64,000 nt of DNA. Source: Stegostoma tigrinum. Its lineage: Eukaryota. Under the pieces are notes generated by a model that saw nothing but the letters and a program-made list of their open reading frames with translations, made no database searches and was not told the origin of the DNA. Both the position numbers and the translations under genes were made by a program. Shown here piece by piece: positions 40,960 through 54,744 of the stretch. Location of the stretch: the NCBI RefSeq assembly GCF_030684315.1, contig NC_081362.1, positions 16,672,589 to 16,736,588 on the forward strand, given 5' to 3'. Numbering within the stretch: the first letter of the stretch is position 1; every line of letters begins with the position of its first letter.

Positions 40960-41041
40960 GGGAAAGGGCAAGGGATGTTTCAGAACCTGGTGAGACCGAG
41001 GATGGTGGTTGGGGGCCGCGAGGAAGAGGTCAGTTGTTGAG
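40960..41041 (+). other. RMND1: Candidate non-coding exon 1 of RMND1 (alternative donors after 40989 or 41041)
   Basis: CTG|gtgaga and GAG|gtgcgt donors just downstream of the promoter core. The first coding exon has an acceptor 18 nt before its ATG, so an upstream UTR exon is required. Start coordinate is a guess. Confidence 0.45.
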
Positions 41042-41349
41042 GTGCGTGAGCGAAGAAGGGTGTTGTCGATTATCGGGGATGGAGATGATGTTTTTGTTGA
41101 CCCAAGAATCAATTGGAGCCACTGGAACCTTTCAGCACTGCTCTCGACCGAATGCGCACGCGCACTCAGTCACGTTCCCCTTGGAATCACGTGCTTCTCC
41201 TCACCTGGGGCAGCAGCTGAAGTTTGTAGAGCGACTTCTTGTATGCATTGCCGCAGAGAGTGCTGCATTAGCCGACTTTTATTTGGGAAACCACTGAGGC
41301 CTTTGCCTAGCCTCTCTCTGGTGCTTTTCGGACAAAGTTATTCTTCTTG

Positions 41350-42170
41350 TAATAAAAGCAGCGGTTTACTTACTTAGATAACAAAGTGTGGAGCTGGATG
41401 AACACAGCAGGCCAGGCAGCATCTTCGGAGCACAAGGGCTTGACGTTTCGGGCCTAGACCCTTGTGCTCCTAAGATGCTGCTTGGCCTGCTGTTTTCATC
41501 TCGGATTCTGCAGCATCTGCAGTTCCCATTATCTTGGTTTACCTACTTTATTTCAATCTGGTTTACCGTATTTGCTGCTCACAGCTCCTTTACGTTGGCA
41601 AGTCCAAACGCAGACCAGATAACTGTTTTGTGGAGCACAACTTCCGCTTTATCAGAATGACCCCAACTTTCCAGTTGCTTGTCATTTCAATAGATCATCT
41701 TGTTCCCATGCATACATATCTGTCCTGGCCTCCTAATGGTATTTCTAATGAAGCACAATGCAAACTGGAGATTTTTTTTTCTGACCAAGCAATTTAGAGC
41801 TTTTAGGATTGAATATTAAATCTAATAACTCTTCATAACCTCTTTATTTTTTTCTGGCACCACCCATCCCTTCTCACCCCCACCATGTCTTGTCTTTTCT
41901 TTATGCCTTCATTTGTAACCACTTTATATCTCTATCATGCTTTAGCTATTATCAATCTCTTTGGGTCTGTGCAACCTGTCAATCTGTACCACTTGTTCAT
42001 CCTGTTTCCCCTTTTTGCAGCATAAATGTGGCTGTTTTCCAGCCCCTTTCAGTTTGACAAAAGTAATATCAGATTTGAAGTTTTGATTCTTTTTCTCTTG
42101 TGTGCTCTCTCTCTCTTTCTCTGCATGCTGCCTGACTGGAGTTTCTCTGCTTTCTCTGGCTATAATTCTG
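41350..42170 (+). mobile_element. Older Penelope-like (Neptune-type) GIY-YIG remnant hosting the mini-element
   Basis: KQRFT...NLVYRICCSQLLYVGKSKRRPDNCFVEH, a degenerate VY-I-C/LY-G-T-R GIY-YIG motif. Confidence 0.7.
41363..41548. mobile_element. Penelope-derived inverted-arm mini-element, 13-bp TSD with one mismatch
   Basis: GGTTTACTTACTT / GGTTTACCTACTT flanks; same arm family as 37095 and 44856. Confidence 0.8.
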
Positions 42171-43140
42171 GTGTTCTGGCTACACTTTATGCTTCAGCAA
42201 GTGTCACAAAAAAAAGGCTATCTGGTCCTCTGCTTCGTAGGCATTTGTGGATCTTTGACAAAGTGGTTGCTACAAACAAAAGTGCTTTCACTTAAAGTAT
42301 GTTGGTAGCAAAGTCCTTTGGAATGTCTTAAGGTGGTGAAAAGCATCACGTGAATGCAAGTTTTGTAGCAGTTGCTGACAAATTTATATATGTCAATTTC
42401 ATGAAAGCTGAGTGGCTTTTTGCAGGGGCATGTGAATATATTAGGACCTCTCTTGCAAAATTTTAATGTAAGATCAGTTGTTTATTTCCAGCTAATAATG
42501 AAATTGGTCCTGATCTCATTAATGTCAATCTGGTGGACTTTGTTTCATGCCCTTTAAGCCAATTAATTAAGGACATCAAAGTGCTCACACCACCTCTGGT
42601 GTGCACTCACTGACACACTATATAATTTCAGTAAAAATTCCTGACTTGTGCTGTAACACAGTAAAGGTGAACATATTATTTGACCTCTGAAGTGTTAGAT
42701 CAAGGATATTCAAATTCTTCTGTAAATGCCTCTAAGGGAACAGGTTATTTTTAAAGATCTGATGCTGTCATGTGATAGGGTTAATTTGTAATAGATGATT
42801 CCATGGCAGAGATTATAAAATGATCACTTTTAAACTTAACATGAAACTCTGTTAAGTTAAAAACAAGTATAGCCAGTTAGAGACACGAGAGTGAACTGAT
42901 TTTAATAGGTTAGAAAATTAGGTTAAAAGATAAATTTGATAGGCAAAAGTAAACATTTTAAAAAGGTAATCCATAACTCTCAATGAGTGTACATTCCTTT
43001 TTGAAGGATAAGAACTGTACTAAAAATGTGATCCAAACATTGCAATCACAACTTCTCTAGTTTGTCATGTTGCCGAAAGGATTAGTAAACTGAGATTGGA
43101 AACATGAATAAGGTATTGGGAAGAGAAATAGAGTGAATTA

Positions 43141-43380
43141 GCTCAAATTAAAAAAAGCAACAAGCTTTTACAAAGTTGTTAAAAATAGATTAGTGAAGAT
43201 TAGAGCAGAGATAACATCTTTTGAAATCATAATAGCTTCATGATGACTTTTTGTCTATTTTGTTGTTCAGCAAGTCATCATGAAGCTATTATGATTTCAA
43301 AAGATGTTATCTCTGCTCTAATCTTCACTAATCTATTTTTAACAACTTTGTAAAAGCTTGTTGCTTTTTTTTATTTGAGC
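43141..43380. repeat. 109-bp near-perfect inverted repeat with 22-nt spacer
   Basis: 43141-43249 is the reverse complement of 43272-43380; one mismatch seen. Confidence 0.95.
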
Positions 43381-44855
43381 CAAGCCCATGTGCACACCAG
43401 AGGTGGTGTGAGCACTTTTGATGTCCTTAATTAATTGGCTTAAAGGGCATGAAACAAAGTCCACCAGATTGACATTAATGAGATCAGGACCAATTTCATT
43501 ATTAGCTGGAAATAAACAACTGATCTTACATTAAAATTTTTAATCATTCAACACACAAGAATCCAGTGACATTTCACAAGTATGGTTTGCATGAAGTGTT
43601 TTTTAATTTTAATATTTGCTAATTATTAATCACTAGTGAGGATATTGGAATCAGTGTAGTCGGGGGACATCAAACTTAGTTTATTGATCATGCATTTACT
43701 GCACTTCAGTAAGCATGGAAAACTTTGTGGAGAATAGTTTGTATAAAATATCAGATACAACTTTTGAGTTTTACCTCGAATTCTCTCATGGATACAGCAT
43801 TACAGCAATCACTCTAAGCTCGTCGACCTTTTCCATTGTGGAGTATCCCTGCAATCTCCAGTAAATTAAAACATTGCCCAGGGTTTTAAACAACAGGCCT
43901 TATGATCTAATAGTTGCATATTTTCATTGTGTACTTCAATTTCTTTAAAGGCAGGCTTTGAAAATACTTGAAAAGACAGATTGGATATAAATTGTTAAGC
44001 TTGTTAGTTAATAGAAAATGCACATCAATAGCAACAGTTATGATCGGACTTAGTAGACCTAGTTAAAATCAATACTACTAACCACAATAATTACACCGTA
44101 CTTTCTTGCTTTATCAGGAAACTTCACTTCACATGCCTTTTGTTGTGTCTGGGATCTCTTGTTTCCTCATTCTTCCATCCCCGCCATTTCTTTCCTGCAC
44201 ACTTTCCCTCAACAATACCATCAGGAAGGACATTGTGTATCGGGGCAGCATCAGTCTACCTCACCACATCTATCTTGATACACTCTGCTGTTTTTTATTT
44301 GTTAAACTGCCCATCAGATATTCAGCAGGTGAGCAATAGGTGGACACCACCGCTGGAATTCCCATTTAGTTTCTCACTCATTTGATTTTAATTGATCCAA
44401 AATTGATTAGCTACAAAGTTCTTGGGTTCAGGGAAGGAATGCCAAAACTTATCAACTCTACCTGTCTTCATCCTTCAGGATGCAATAAATCTACGTCTTT
44501 TGACCCTTACAGCTAATATCATCTTGTGGCTCATTACAGGAATATATTTTTAAAATGGCAAAGTATCTTGGGATGCTTTGTTATATTAAGGCATTTTCAT
44601 AAATGAAGGGGTTGTTGTTATCTTGCTTAAAAACCTCAATGCACTCCTAATATCTTCCATGCCTCTTAATTTAGGTTCTCCCTTTACCCATTTGTGTGTG
44701 CACTTCGACACTGCTCCAGAGCCAAGCCCATTATTTTAATCTCCTTTTGATCCTCTTCCTCTCTAGCCTCTGTTTCTGCTACTTGGTGATTACTAGCTTC
44801 CACTTTTCCTCTCTCAAGAACTTTGTCCCTCCTTCAATTCCTATCAGAACCAACA

Positions 44856-45093
44856 TCAGAGATAATACAAGATAATAAAATGTGAGGCTTGATGAACACA
44901 GCAGGCCAAGCAGCATCTCGGGAGCACAAAAGCTGACGTTTCGGGCCTAGACCCTTCAGAAGGGTCTAGGCCCGAAACATCAGCTTTTGTGCTCCCGAGA
45001 TGCTGCTTGGCCTGCTGTGTTCATCCAGCCTCACATTTTATTATCTTGGAATTCTCCAGCATCTGCAGTTCCCATTATCTCAGAGATAATACA
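44856..45093. mobile_element. Penelope-derived near-perfect palindrome (about 90-bp arms, 1-nt centre), 14-bp TSD
   Basis: TSD TCAGAGATAATACA; centre GACCCTTC-A-GAAGGGTC; about 30-nt tail on the right arm only. Confidence 0.9.
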
Positions 45094-46416
45094 TTTGTAT
45101 TTTGAGCACTTCAGATTTCAGTACTACATTGTGAGCATTCATTGACAAATCCAGCATTTATAATAATTCATTTTATAAATTTATTTTTTGCATTGCTAAA
45201 CACCTCATAAAACATGACTATCTGAAATAAGACTTTTAAAATTTCCTGGGAGCTTCTCATTTTCTTCAGCCGGTAGGAAAGGGTACTGTATCATTTACAT
45301 GACTAGTCAATGCTGCTTCTGTCAGTCAATGAGGCGGATTAAAAATGGGGAGCCTAGATTTACCTTATTGTATTTATGAATTTGGGTCTAACTTTGTGTT
45401 TTCTTTCATTTTGACAGTGACTACTCAATTCTCTGTTCACACTGATGCCCCTTTCAACGTCCTTGTCAAGAACAACAGCTCCAGTTCTGGAAATTGACAT
45501 TGTGCTTATCTGGTATGTACAGATTACCTTGTTCAGGAATACCATATAAAACATTATATTTAACTACTTTCAAATAAAGATAGGACAAAAAAAATCTGAA
45601 GGATGGGGTAACTAACTATAGCTTAGTTTCCTGTTACTTAACATGAAAGACTAGTAAAGTTCTTAGAGATAATACTGTAATTCCACTTTGTCCCCACTTT
45701 CTCTCTTCTTTTCAATATTTTAACTGATCCAATAATTTAGTTTGGTCCCATTGTAATTTTAATTTTGTTGAACATGTGATTTTAGTTGCACACTTTCAGT
45801 ACTGTATAAAAAATACCTAATTAAGCCATATAATTGCACATTCGCTCACTCAATCACTCTCATGATTACAATGCTACATTCAGAATTGATCTGGTTTACA
45901 CTGCAGAAATACACTTCACAATGAACAAGGCTGGTGGCTTTTAGTTTTCATGGGAAAAGGGTGAAAATACTGCTATCTCATAGTGACATTGTATTTAATA
46001 TATTTTGTCAACACAATCGAGTTGCATTTCGAATTGATTTATAATAGATCAGGATTTTACTTTGCATTTCCTACAACATGGTTACTATTCAAATCAGATA
46101 TTTTTAGCTTATATGGCTAGGTATATGATGGCATGATGACACAGAGAGGCAGATAGTTAATAATCCTTTCAGGTCTAATTTAAATATAATGCATCAAGTG
46201 CTTGCTCAGCATACAGAGCAATTAATTGTTTTGCATCAGTGGCAAAGTGTTTATCTCCTACTTTGGGGAGGATTTTACTTTCCAAATACAGATGAATGAT
46301 GAAAATTTATGTGAGAGAAGAAGTGATAAGAAACAGTAATAGTGGTTCCATTGTGATGAATATAAATTCTCCAAAAAAATCAATTTTTTCCCCTTTAGAT
46401 TGATTGTCCACTAGCC

Positions 46417-46827
46417 ATGACTGTCAGATTGTTCAGAATCTTGGACCTGTCTCCATATTTGATGAAAAGAACTTTCTGTTTGAGATCTTCTCTGGGAAGT
46501 ATTCCACTGCTTGGGATAAGGCCCTGTAACAATTTTCGAAGAAATGTTCTGTGCTGCCCATGGAAAGGCCAAGATGGAAGATCATCAGACTATGGGCTAG
46601 CACCATGCTTCCTAAACCCAAAAGGGACAGCTTTTGTGCAAATGGTGCATTGGCAATCTCCGCATTGTATACAGTGTGCAAACATAAGGAAACAGTTTTA
46701 TTCCAGTGTGACAGGCAGCGGTAAAATCATTCCCAAACAGAAAGTACTGTCACCTAAAAGACCTCTTAAAGGGCCTCGGACCAAACAGCCGTCGAGGACC
46801 AACCAGCCAGCTCTTGCAGATGTGGAG
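46417..46827 (+). CDS. RMND1: RMND1 first coding exon (basic mitochondrial presequence-like N-terminus to RPLKGPRTKQPSRTNQPAL)
   Basis: ttccccttag acceptor ending 46398, ATG at 46417, GAG|gtaaac donor; RPLK-RT-QPSRTN-P-L motif of RMND1; head-to-head with ARMT1 as in human. No later exon recognised in the window. Confidence 0.9.
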
Positions 46828-47474
46828 GTAAACAAAATGTTTTAGGTTTCCTTGTTAACAGACTACTCTTTAGGTTTGCTATATCATGTAGCTCAACAAA
46901 ATCAAAATACTGCGTCCCAATGTCTATTTTTATTCATACTTAAGATCAATACATTTGACTTATGGAATCAGATACAAGGCCGTTAGATGTCTGAATGGTT
47001 TGGTGTGATCACGAGTTCTTGGTTGAACCCCAAGATGGAGCATTTTTCGGTAATAGAGAGATTTCAGTTTGGAAGATCGGTAAGAACTGTAGGCTATTAG
47101 CATTTGCTGCTCAGATGGCGAGTTGTGATAACTGCTCATGCAGTTGTGATAACTGTTGTGTAGAGATCTACTTTACAGATTGTTTTGCTTTTTTAATTAA
47201 AGCAGGAACTGAGAAGGAAAATGACAGAATTTGAGGGCACAAAGAAAGAGAAAACGATAAAACTGACCATGAGAGTTGATGGTGAATTTCAATTCACAAG
47301 AGCTTGAGGCTAGGTTATAAATCATAGGTCATTGAACAGAAGTACAATCTGGCTGCACCACACCATCTTCTGAGTTTAACAAAGATACATTTGGATGTCA
47401 ACAGAAAGCTACTTAAGGACCTCCTATCTGGGTACTTATGCAATTAACATGCTTAGAAGACAAAATAATTGAGA

Positions 47475-47725
47475 TGTCTTGTGGCAGAGTGGTAATGTCC
47501 CTACCTCTGAGCCCTGTGGCCTGGCTTCAACTCCCACCTACTCTAGGATGTGTCATGTCTCTGAGTTGGTCGATTAGAAAATATCTGTAAGACAAAATGA
47601 AGCATTTTTAGACTTTTTAAATCAACCTGTAGGACATGTTGTGACACATCTCTGGAACAGTTTGAACTTAAAACTCAGACTTTCTGGCATAGAGGTAGGG
47701 ACACTCCCACTGAGCCACAAGAGCT
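47475..47725. mobile_element. Two short tRNA-derived SINE-like copies in tail-to-tail orientation
   Basis: TGTGGCAGAGTGGTAATGTCCCTACCTCTG at 47480 and an inverted relative ending near 47722; other copies at 12190-12320 (-) and 24897-25000 (+). Confidence 0.6.
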
Positions 47726-49709
47726 CAACTAAGGATTTTTAAAATTGATTTAAATGAAGCTCCAAATTTTACTTTAGCAACATGCTTTTCCCAAAGCCTA
47801 GAAAACTGACCTGGCTCAGAGATAGGAACACTACCATCGGGTAGGATGCTCTTTTGGAGGGTTGGGGTGGTTATGATCGGCCAAATGGCCGCCTTCCACA
47901 CTGTAGGGTTTCTGAGGTTACCCTAAGAAACCAAGCAATCGAATTGTAGTTTGCCTTTCAATGAATTATTTTGATTCCTTATTTTGAAAGATCAAAGGAA
48001 AGGTCTAATTTTTTTGAATAGATCCAACTGTACTTTATTGATCAATGCATGAAAACTCCAATCAGTTAATGTTCTGAATTTTGGTACAGGAGCAGTACGT
48101 GACTATTTCTGCCTGGGGAAAAGGCCTGAAGACTGGTTTGTAGAGGAGATCTTAATCTTGATCCGATGTAAGGGACTCGGTTGTATGTCAACTCCACAGT
48201 GTATAATAAAAAGATCATTTTACAGATCTCAGTAGAAACATTTTTTCAGTCACATCTCATTCCCCCCTCTGTCTTGTACAGCATATTATGATTCATTAAA
48301 GAAACTCATCTTGCCTTTCCTTTTGAGATCTGTGCTCAGCCAGTAAGAAATGCTACACCAGAATATTTTACTACTTTGTTGTATTTATTCTAGGGTTATT
48401 TGATGTTGTGTAAATATCCTACCCTCTGGGAATTCCAAAAAACATATCTTTGGATTATTATCAATGATAATGACTTATTATGAGCAGTGGTGGCATAGGT
48501 GTAGAACTGTAACCTCCTGAGTCCCAATGAAAGTGCTTACTTTCAGTGAGTTAGTCAATTTAACCAACATATGGAATGCGTGGAAGAACTTTATTTGAAT
48601 TGACGTATTTGTACACCACTAGGGAGTAAGCATGCACTTATCAAAATTGCTCCTCTTTGTAGGAGAGACTGGAACTAGGGGGCATGGTTTTAAAAAATAA
48701 GGCATTTTCCAATTTAAGACAGATGAGAAAAGATTTCCCTCAGAGGTTTGTAAGTCTGTGAAATTCCCCAGAAGGCAGTGAGGCAGGTTCATTTAAGGCA
48801 GGGATAGATGGATTTTTGGTTTATGAGTATGTTGAGGTGTATAGGGCTACCCAGGAAAGTGATCTGAAACTATGCTTTGATCAGTTGTGGTCTTGAACTG
48901 CAGAGCATGCCCAAGGGGCTAAATAACACATTCCTGCTCCTAGCCCATATGTTTGTATGAATGTCAGTTGAGTACTTAGGTTTTAATCAATTAGATTAAA
49001 TCTTCTGCGATTTAACTCTGTGTGAGCTCCATCATGATAATGTGGATGATCTCCCATGCATTGGATTGAGCAAAAAAAAGTGATCAGCATTCTGCTTTTA
49101 TTTTTATATTCCTATTTTTTTTCTCACAAACCTGCATTCATATTCCCACCATCTTTCTCCTCCAAACTAAGACAAAATCCTTGGAAATAGTTAAGTGAAA
49201 CAAATATTCTATTCATGTTTTAAAACAATTTGACAAATCAAAGCTACAATGCTTATAACCTGAGGAAAGAGGCACTTCCAGTTGGACTGCATACTGTACC
49301 AATGCATGCTTTCCCAACATTGCATGTGCTGAAACTGGCATATTGAGAATTGTAGGCACACATGTCATTGGTATTCCCTTCAGTTGAGAGTGTAATAGCT
49401 CTGGCAAAAATATCCTTTGTAAACCCTGAATTTTGATGAACTGAGGCCATTTAAAAATGTTAATGAAGGTAAGCAAGGACATGTAAGAACATTTTAAAGT
49501 TAAACTTAACAGTATGAAAAAGTTTGCTTATTTTTAACTGTTTTTGAATTAACAATTTTATCTCGAGTCTTTTGTATTTGTGTATCTAAAAAGAAAAATA
49601 TTTTGAGCAATTTTAATTCAGCTTAGTCAGGGACATTTAAAACTAGAGTGATATGCCAAGTTAAATACCAAATACACACAATAGTGGAATTTGTAAAAGA
49701 GCTTCAATT

Positions 49710-52700
49710 AGAGTCATAGAGCTGCACAGCACAGTAGGAGGCCTTTCAGCCAAACATGTCTGCAAATTTCATGAAGCACCATCTGTTCAAGTCTCATTTT
49801 CCAGTACTAGCTGCTACCTTTATATGCTGTGGTACTTCATGTCTTCATCTAAATACTTCTTGTGATGCTTCCCACCTTGACTACCCTTTCTGGTAGTAAG
49901 TACCAGATATTCACCACCTTCTGAGTGAAAATATCAGATCTTAAATCCCCTCTAATCTTCCTACACATTACCTTAAATCTCTTCCCCCGGATACTGATCC
50001 CTCCTTAAGGCGAAGAGATTCCTTTTTACCCTATGTGTGCCCCTCATAATTTTGTACACCTCAGTCAGGTAGCACCTCAGTCTGTTCCGCTCTAAGAAAA
50101 ACAATCCCAGCCAGTTTGATCTCTCTTCAGAGTTGAAACAATCCAGCCCAGGCAACATCCTGGTGGATCTCCTCTTCATGTTGTGTTCCAGCTGTAGCCT
50201 AACTACCGTCTTATACAGCTCCAGCACAACCTACTGCTGTTGTATTCATTACCTTGACTAACAGCAAATATCCCATATGCCTTCTTAACGACCTTGTCCA
50301 ACTGTCCTAATAAAAATTGAAAGAACTGCAGATAAGTCAGGAACAAAAAAAGAAGTTGCTGGGTCTGAGAAAGGGCCACCAGACCCGAAACGTCAATTCT
50401 GATTTTTTTCTTCACAGATGCTGCCAGACCTGCTGAGCTTTTCCAGCAACTTCTGTTTTTGTTATCCAGCTGTCCTGTTGTCTTCAATGATCAATGGACA
50501 TGTACATAAAGGCCTCTCTGATCCTCTGTACATCCTAGGGTTCTACCATTCACCGTATACTCCATTGCCTTGCCAGTCCTCCCAAAATTTATTTTCTGTC
50601 ATTTTTCTGGATTAAATTCCATTTGCCATTGTTCTGCCCATCTGACCAGCCCATCTATATCATCCTATAGTAAACGACATTCATCTTCGTTATTTATCAC
50701 ACCATAAGTTTTCATTCAACTGTGAACTTATTGATTGGACTTCCCTCCGTCATAATGTTTGTTTAGATCATAATGTACACCACAAACAGTAAGAGACCTA
50801 GCACCAATTCTGCGGTATACTGTTCAACACAGGCTTCCAGTCACACAAAGAAAATCTTTGACCATCACCATCTGCCTCCAAGGCCAAATTTGGATCAAAT
50901 TTGCCAAATTGCCTTGACCAGTCCTCCATGCAAGACTTTGTCAAAAACCATACCGTCACCTCTGTATTCAGTGTACACTGCATTACCTTCATCCATACAT
51001 CTAGTCACCTTCTTTAAAAAAAACTCAATTAAACATATTAGACATGATCTCTCCCTTACAAAGTCATGCTGACGATTCTTAATTAATCTTTGCCTCTCCA
51101 AATGGAGATTAATTCTGCCCTTCAGTATTTGTAACAATAGTTTCCCTACTACCAATGTTAAACTCACTGACCGTCCCATTGTTTATCCCCATCACCTATC
51201 TTGAATAATATATCATGTAATTTATCTTCCAGTCCTCTGGCACCTTTCCAGAGTCCAGAGAGGCTTTGAACATGAACGTCAGGGCCTCTGCAGTTTCCTC
51301 CCGTGCTTCCCACAGCAGTCTGAGATGCATCTCAGCTGGGTATGGAAACTTATCCAATTATAAGCCTGCTTAAATTGCTCCTACCTAATCCCTCTCTATT
51401 CTGACTTGTTCAAGCATATTGCAGTCCTCTTCAAGATTTCTACGTTGTTCGTCTCTTTCATGAATACCGAAGTCACGGTTTGCCACTTTGGTGTCTAACG
51501 TGCCCCACTATTTATCTGGTTGCCATCTTGCCACTAAAATACTTAAAATGCCTTTGGATTTTCCTTTAATTTAGCTGCCAATGTTTTTTAAACCCCTCTG
51601 AGCATTCCTTTTTTTTGCACTTTTTATATGCCTTTAGGGCTTTTCGGACTCTGAGCCTTCAGTATGTACCATATAAGCTTCTTTCTATTTTCTTTTTCCA
51701 ATTTTGTACTTTGCTTGATGTTCAAGGTTCACTGGAATATTTGGTCCTACTTTTCACCTTTACAGGAATATGTTGACCCTGCAGTTTCATTAATTTATTG
51801 CAATGTAGGTGTAATTTGTTGTCTTGTGCAGGGACCCACCTTTCCCAGAAACAGTCCCAGTGATACAGGAATCTAAAGTCCTGTGTCCTGCAATAGCTCT
51901 TCAGCTGCTTTACTGAAAGACTCCCTCTGCTCAGATGTAGATTTTCTGACAAGTAGCTGCTCCCAGTTCATTTTGGCCAGATCCTATCTTAAATTATTAG
52001 AGATGGCCTTCCTCAATTCAAAACTTCTGTTTCTGGTTCAGTTTTGTCCTTTTCCATGACTACCTTAAATTTTACTGAGTTATGCATCCTGTTACCAAAA
52101 TGCTCTCCTCTTGACACTTTACTGCTTTGTTCCCTAAACTTACGACCGGCTCTGTCCTGTCTCTTGTTGGACTTCCTGCATGCTGGCTTGAAAAGGTCTC
52201 CTAGATATATTTTAAGAACTTTACCTTCTCTCAATCTTCTCATGTTTTGTCTCAATAAGCTAAAATCCTCTGCTATTATTGTTAAACTTCTCTTGAAATT
52301 TTCCTAGATTGCTTTTATCTTTCCCCAACAATTTTAAAATCTACAACACTTTCCTAACTCTGTAATTGCCTCCATTTTGTGTTTTAGTTCTACCCATATA
52401 GCTTTTGTTGAGGTGCCTTTGAAAATGTCATTCCTGTTTATTACAGGAATTGACTAATATTGTCACATCACCTCCTCTTTTACATCCCTCCCTCTCTCTT
52501 TTGAAGATTTTATACCTTTCACTATTGAACTGCCAACCTTGCCCCCCCCCCCAACAATGTCTCAGTTACAGCAATAATGTTATAACCACATGTTAATCAG
52601 CACATTCAACTCATCTGCCTTACTCACAAGAAGGTACTTGAATTAAAATGAATGCCATGCTCCCTTGTGTCTTCATTTGACTACAAATGCTTCTTTGCCA

Positions 52701-53700
52701 GACTGGTTTGCCTTTTCTTCTACATTTGTCTATGCATCACCCATTATTGTACTAATGCCCCATATCCTATTACACCATCAAATTAGTTTAAACTCCCACC
52801 AACAGCACTAGCAAAGCCTCAGATGAGGATCTTGATCCTATTGCAGTGCAGGCGCAACTTGTTGTCTTGTGCAGGGACCCACCTTTCCCAGAAACAGTCC
52901 CAGTGATACAGGAATCTAAAGTCCTGTGTCCTGCGATAGCGCTTCAGCTGCTTTGTCTACCTACTCCTATAATCACAAGTTCCTGGCACCAGCTATAATC
53001 CAGAGCTTGCAACCTTTGAGGTCGGCTTTTCAATCTGCTGTTAAGCTCCCCAAATTCTTGCTACAGGATCTCTTCCTCCTCCTACCTTTTGCCATTGGCA
53101 TCATTTCGAACCACAACCATTGACTGTTTTCCCCTCCCTTTTCAGAATGTCCTGTACCCATTCGGTAACATTCTTGATCCGTGCTCCAGGGAGACAACAT
53201 TATTTGCGAGTCATGCTATTGACCACAGAAATGCCTGTCAATGTCCCTTGCTATCAAGTCTCCCATCCCTATAACCTTTCCTGTCTGCTTCTCCTTGTGC
53301 AGCTGGGTTCTGGCAGCACGTCCAGAGGAACTGTCACACACCATTTTCCAACAAAGAAAAATGTTTCTTGAGTGAGATGCAGCGTGGAACTTTCTTGATT
53401 GCCTGCCTGCTTTGTTTCTTCTAACTAACAGTCACCTCTTCATCTCTGACTGCTCTATCTTAAACTGTAGGATAAGCAATTTTTTAAAAAATGCTCACCA
53501 CTTAATACTAAGCCTTTTGGAAGCACTGTTGTTCCTCCAGCCACCACAGAAGCTCTAACCAGGTGCTCAAACTGATCAAAATCAGTGACACTTGCAGATG
53601 TGGCCATCCAGACTGCCAGGTTCATCTAAAATTTCCCACATATTGCAGGCTGTGCTACTCTTGGATTGAACTCCCATGCCATACCTTTTCTTTTAAAAAC
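49710..53700 (-). mobile_element. Long decayed CR1 LINE (3' end, RT, endonuclease and 5' region) with a nested Penelope-type insert at about 50300-50465
   Basis: MLELYKTVVRLQLEH, VSLTLVVGKLL...QHDFVRERSCLICLIEF, FDKVLH. Confidence 0.85.
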
Positions 53701-54744
53701 AACTCACTCTAAATTTATGACAAGTAGAAAATTAAATTTTCCTTTTTTTAAAAAGGAAGTTAAAATTCTCACCTTTCCTAAATGCAACTCACCTACCAAT
53801 CAAACCACTAATTTGCGCTGGTGTCACTTTTATCAGCCTTTGTATTCTGGCGAAGTTACTGTTGGAGTTTAGCTATTGCTCTAATTGAGTTTGGAATTAG
53901 TACATTTGAACCCTTCTAGAGGATGAATATGTAATTTCACTAAATTACCTGACTTTTGAAATTAGAGTTTCTTAAGTCATGCAAGAATTTAAGGATTGCT
54001 TAAGCCCCAAAAGTTTGTCTTTGTGAATTCACAACACCACACTCTTGTAGCACAGGTGGATGTCATTCAGCTCGCTATGCCTGTGCAGGCTCTTTGGCAG
54101 AGCTATCGGCTTCATCCCACTCCCCTTCAGATTCTCTACAGCTGTAAAACCTCTTCCTGTTAAGTATTCAAAGGAGGTTTGTACCAGAAAGTTCCTGATG
54201 GTAACATTAGGTGCAAAAGGTTAAAAATGATATTTTTCCATTAATATGATTGCAAAATTATGCTTTTTTCAAAGATTGTTTTCAGATACAGAATTGCTGA
54301 AAAGATCATGGGGATCAGAGAAGCTTATTGATGCAGCTTGAAGCACATAATTATGAAAGTCTGTCTTGGATTGTGTCATTAACTTCAACGGTTTCCATTT
54401 AAATGTGGAAATTCAAAGGCAGGTTTAACTTTTTATTCACGAACCCAGCGTAGGTATCACTCACTAAACCAGCATTTGTTCCGTGTTCCTAACTGCCCTT
54501 GAGAAGGTGATGGTAAGTGATGGTAAATTTTGTGCAGAGTACTTAAGTAACTGTACCAACGTATCTTGTACCTAAGATCGTGCCGTAAGCAGCGACATTA
54601 CAAACTTTTCACTGCATTCATTTGAGTGCATGTGACAATAAAGCTAATTCAATTCAATTAATTAAGGATCCCCTTGTCATACAGGCCTACCGCACATAAA
54701 GGGCCTTTGCCATCAAGTCCCTACTAGTCAGAGAAACAAGCACT

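Larger units (their letters stand above)
40650..41200. promoter_or_regulatory. CpG-island bidirectional promoter shared by ARMT1 (-) and RMND1 (+)
   Basis: CpG-rich; YY1 GCCGCCATCTTG 40846-40857; ETS/CRE-like CAGGAAGTGACG 40892-40903; GC boxes at 40911 and 40955; NRF1-like TGCGCGTGCGC 40939-40949 and TGCGCACGCGCA 41153-41164; E-box at 41188. Confidence 0.8.

Noticed and set aside
40603-41377. Cluster of 60-124 aa ORFs on both strands
   Set aside because: Expected from a stop-poor CpG island; only 40786-40853 matches a known protein with a phase-compatible donor.
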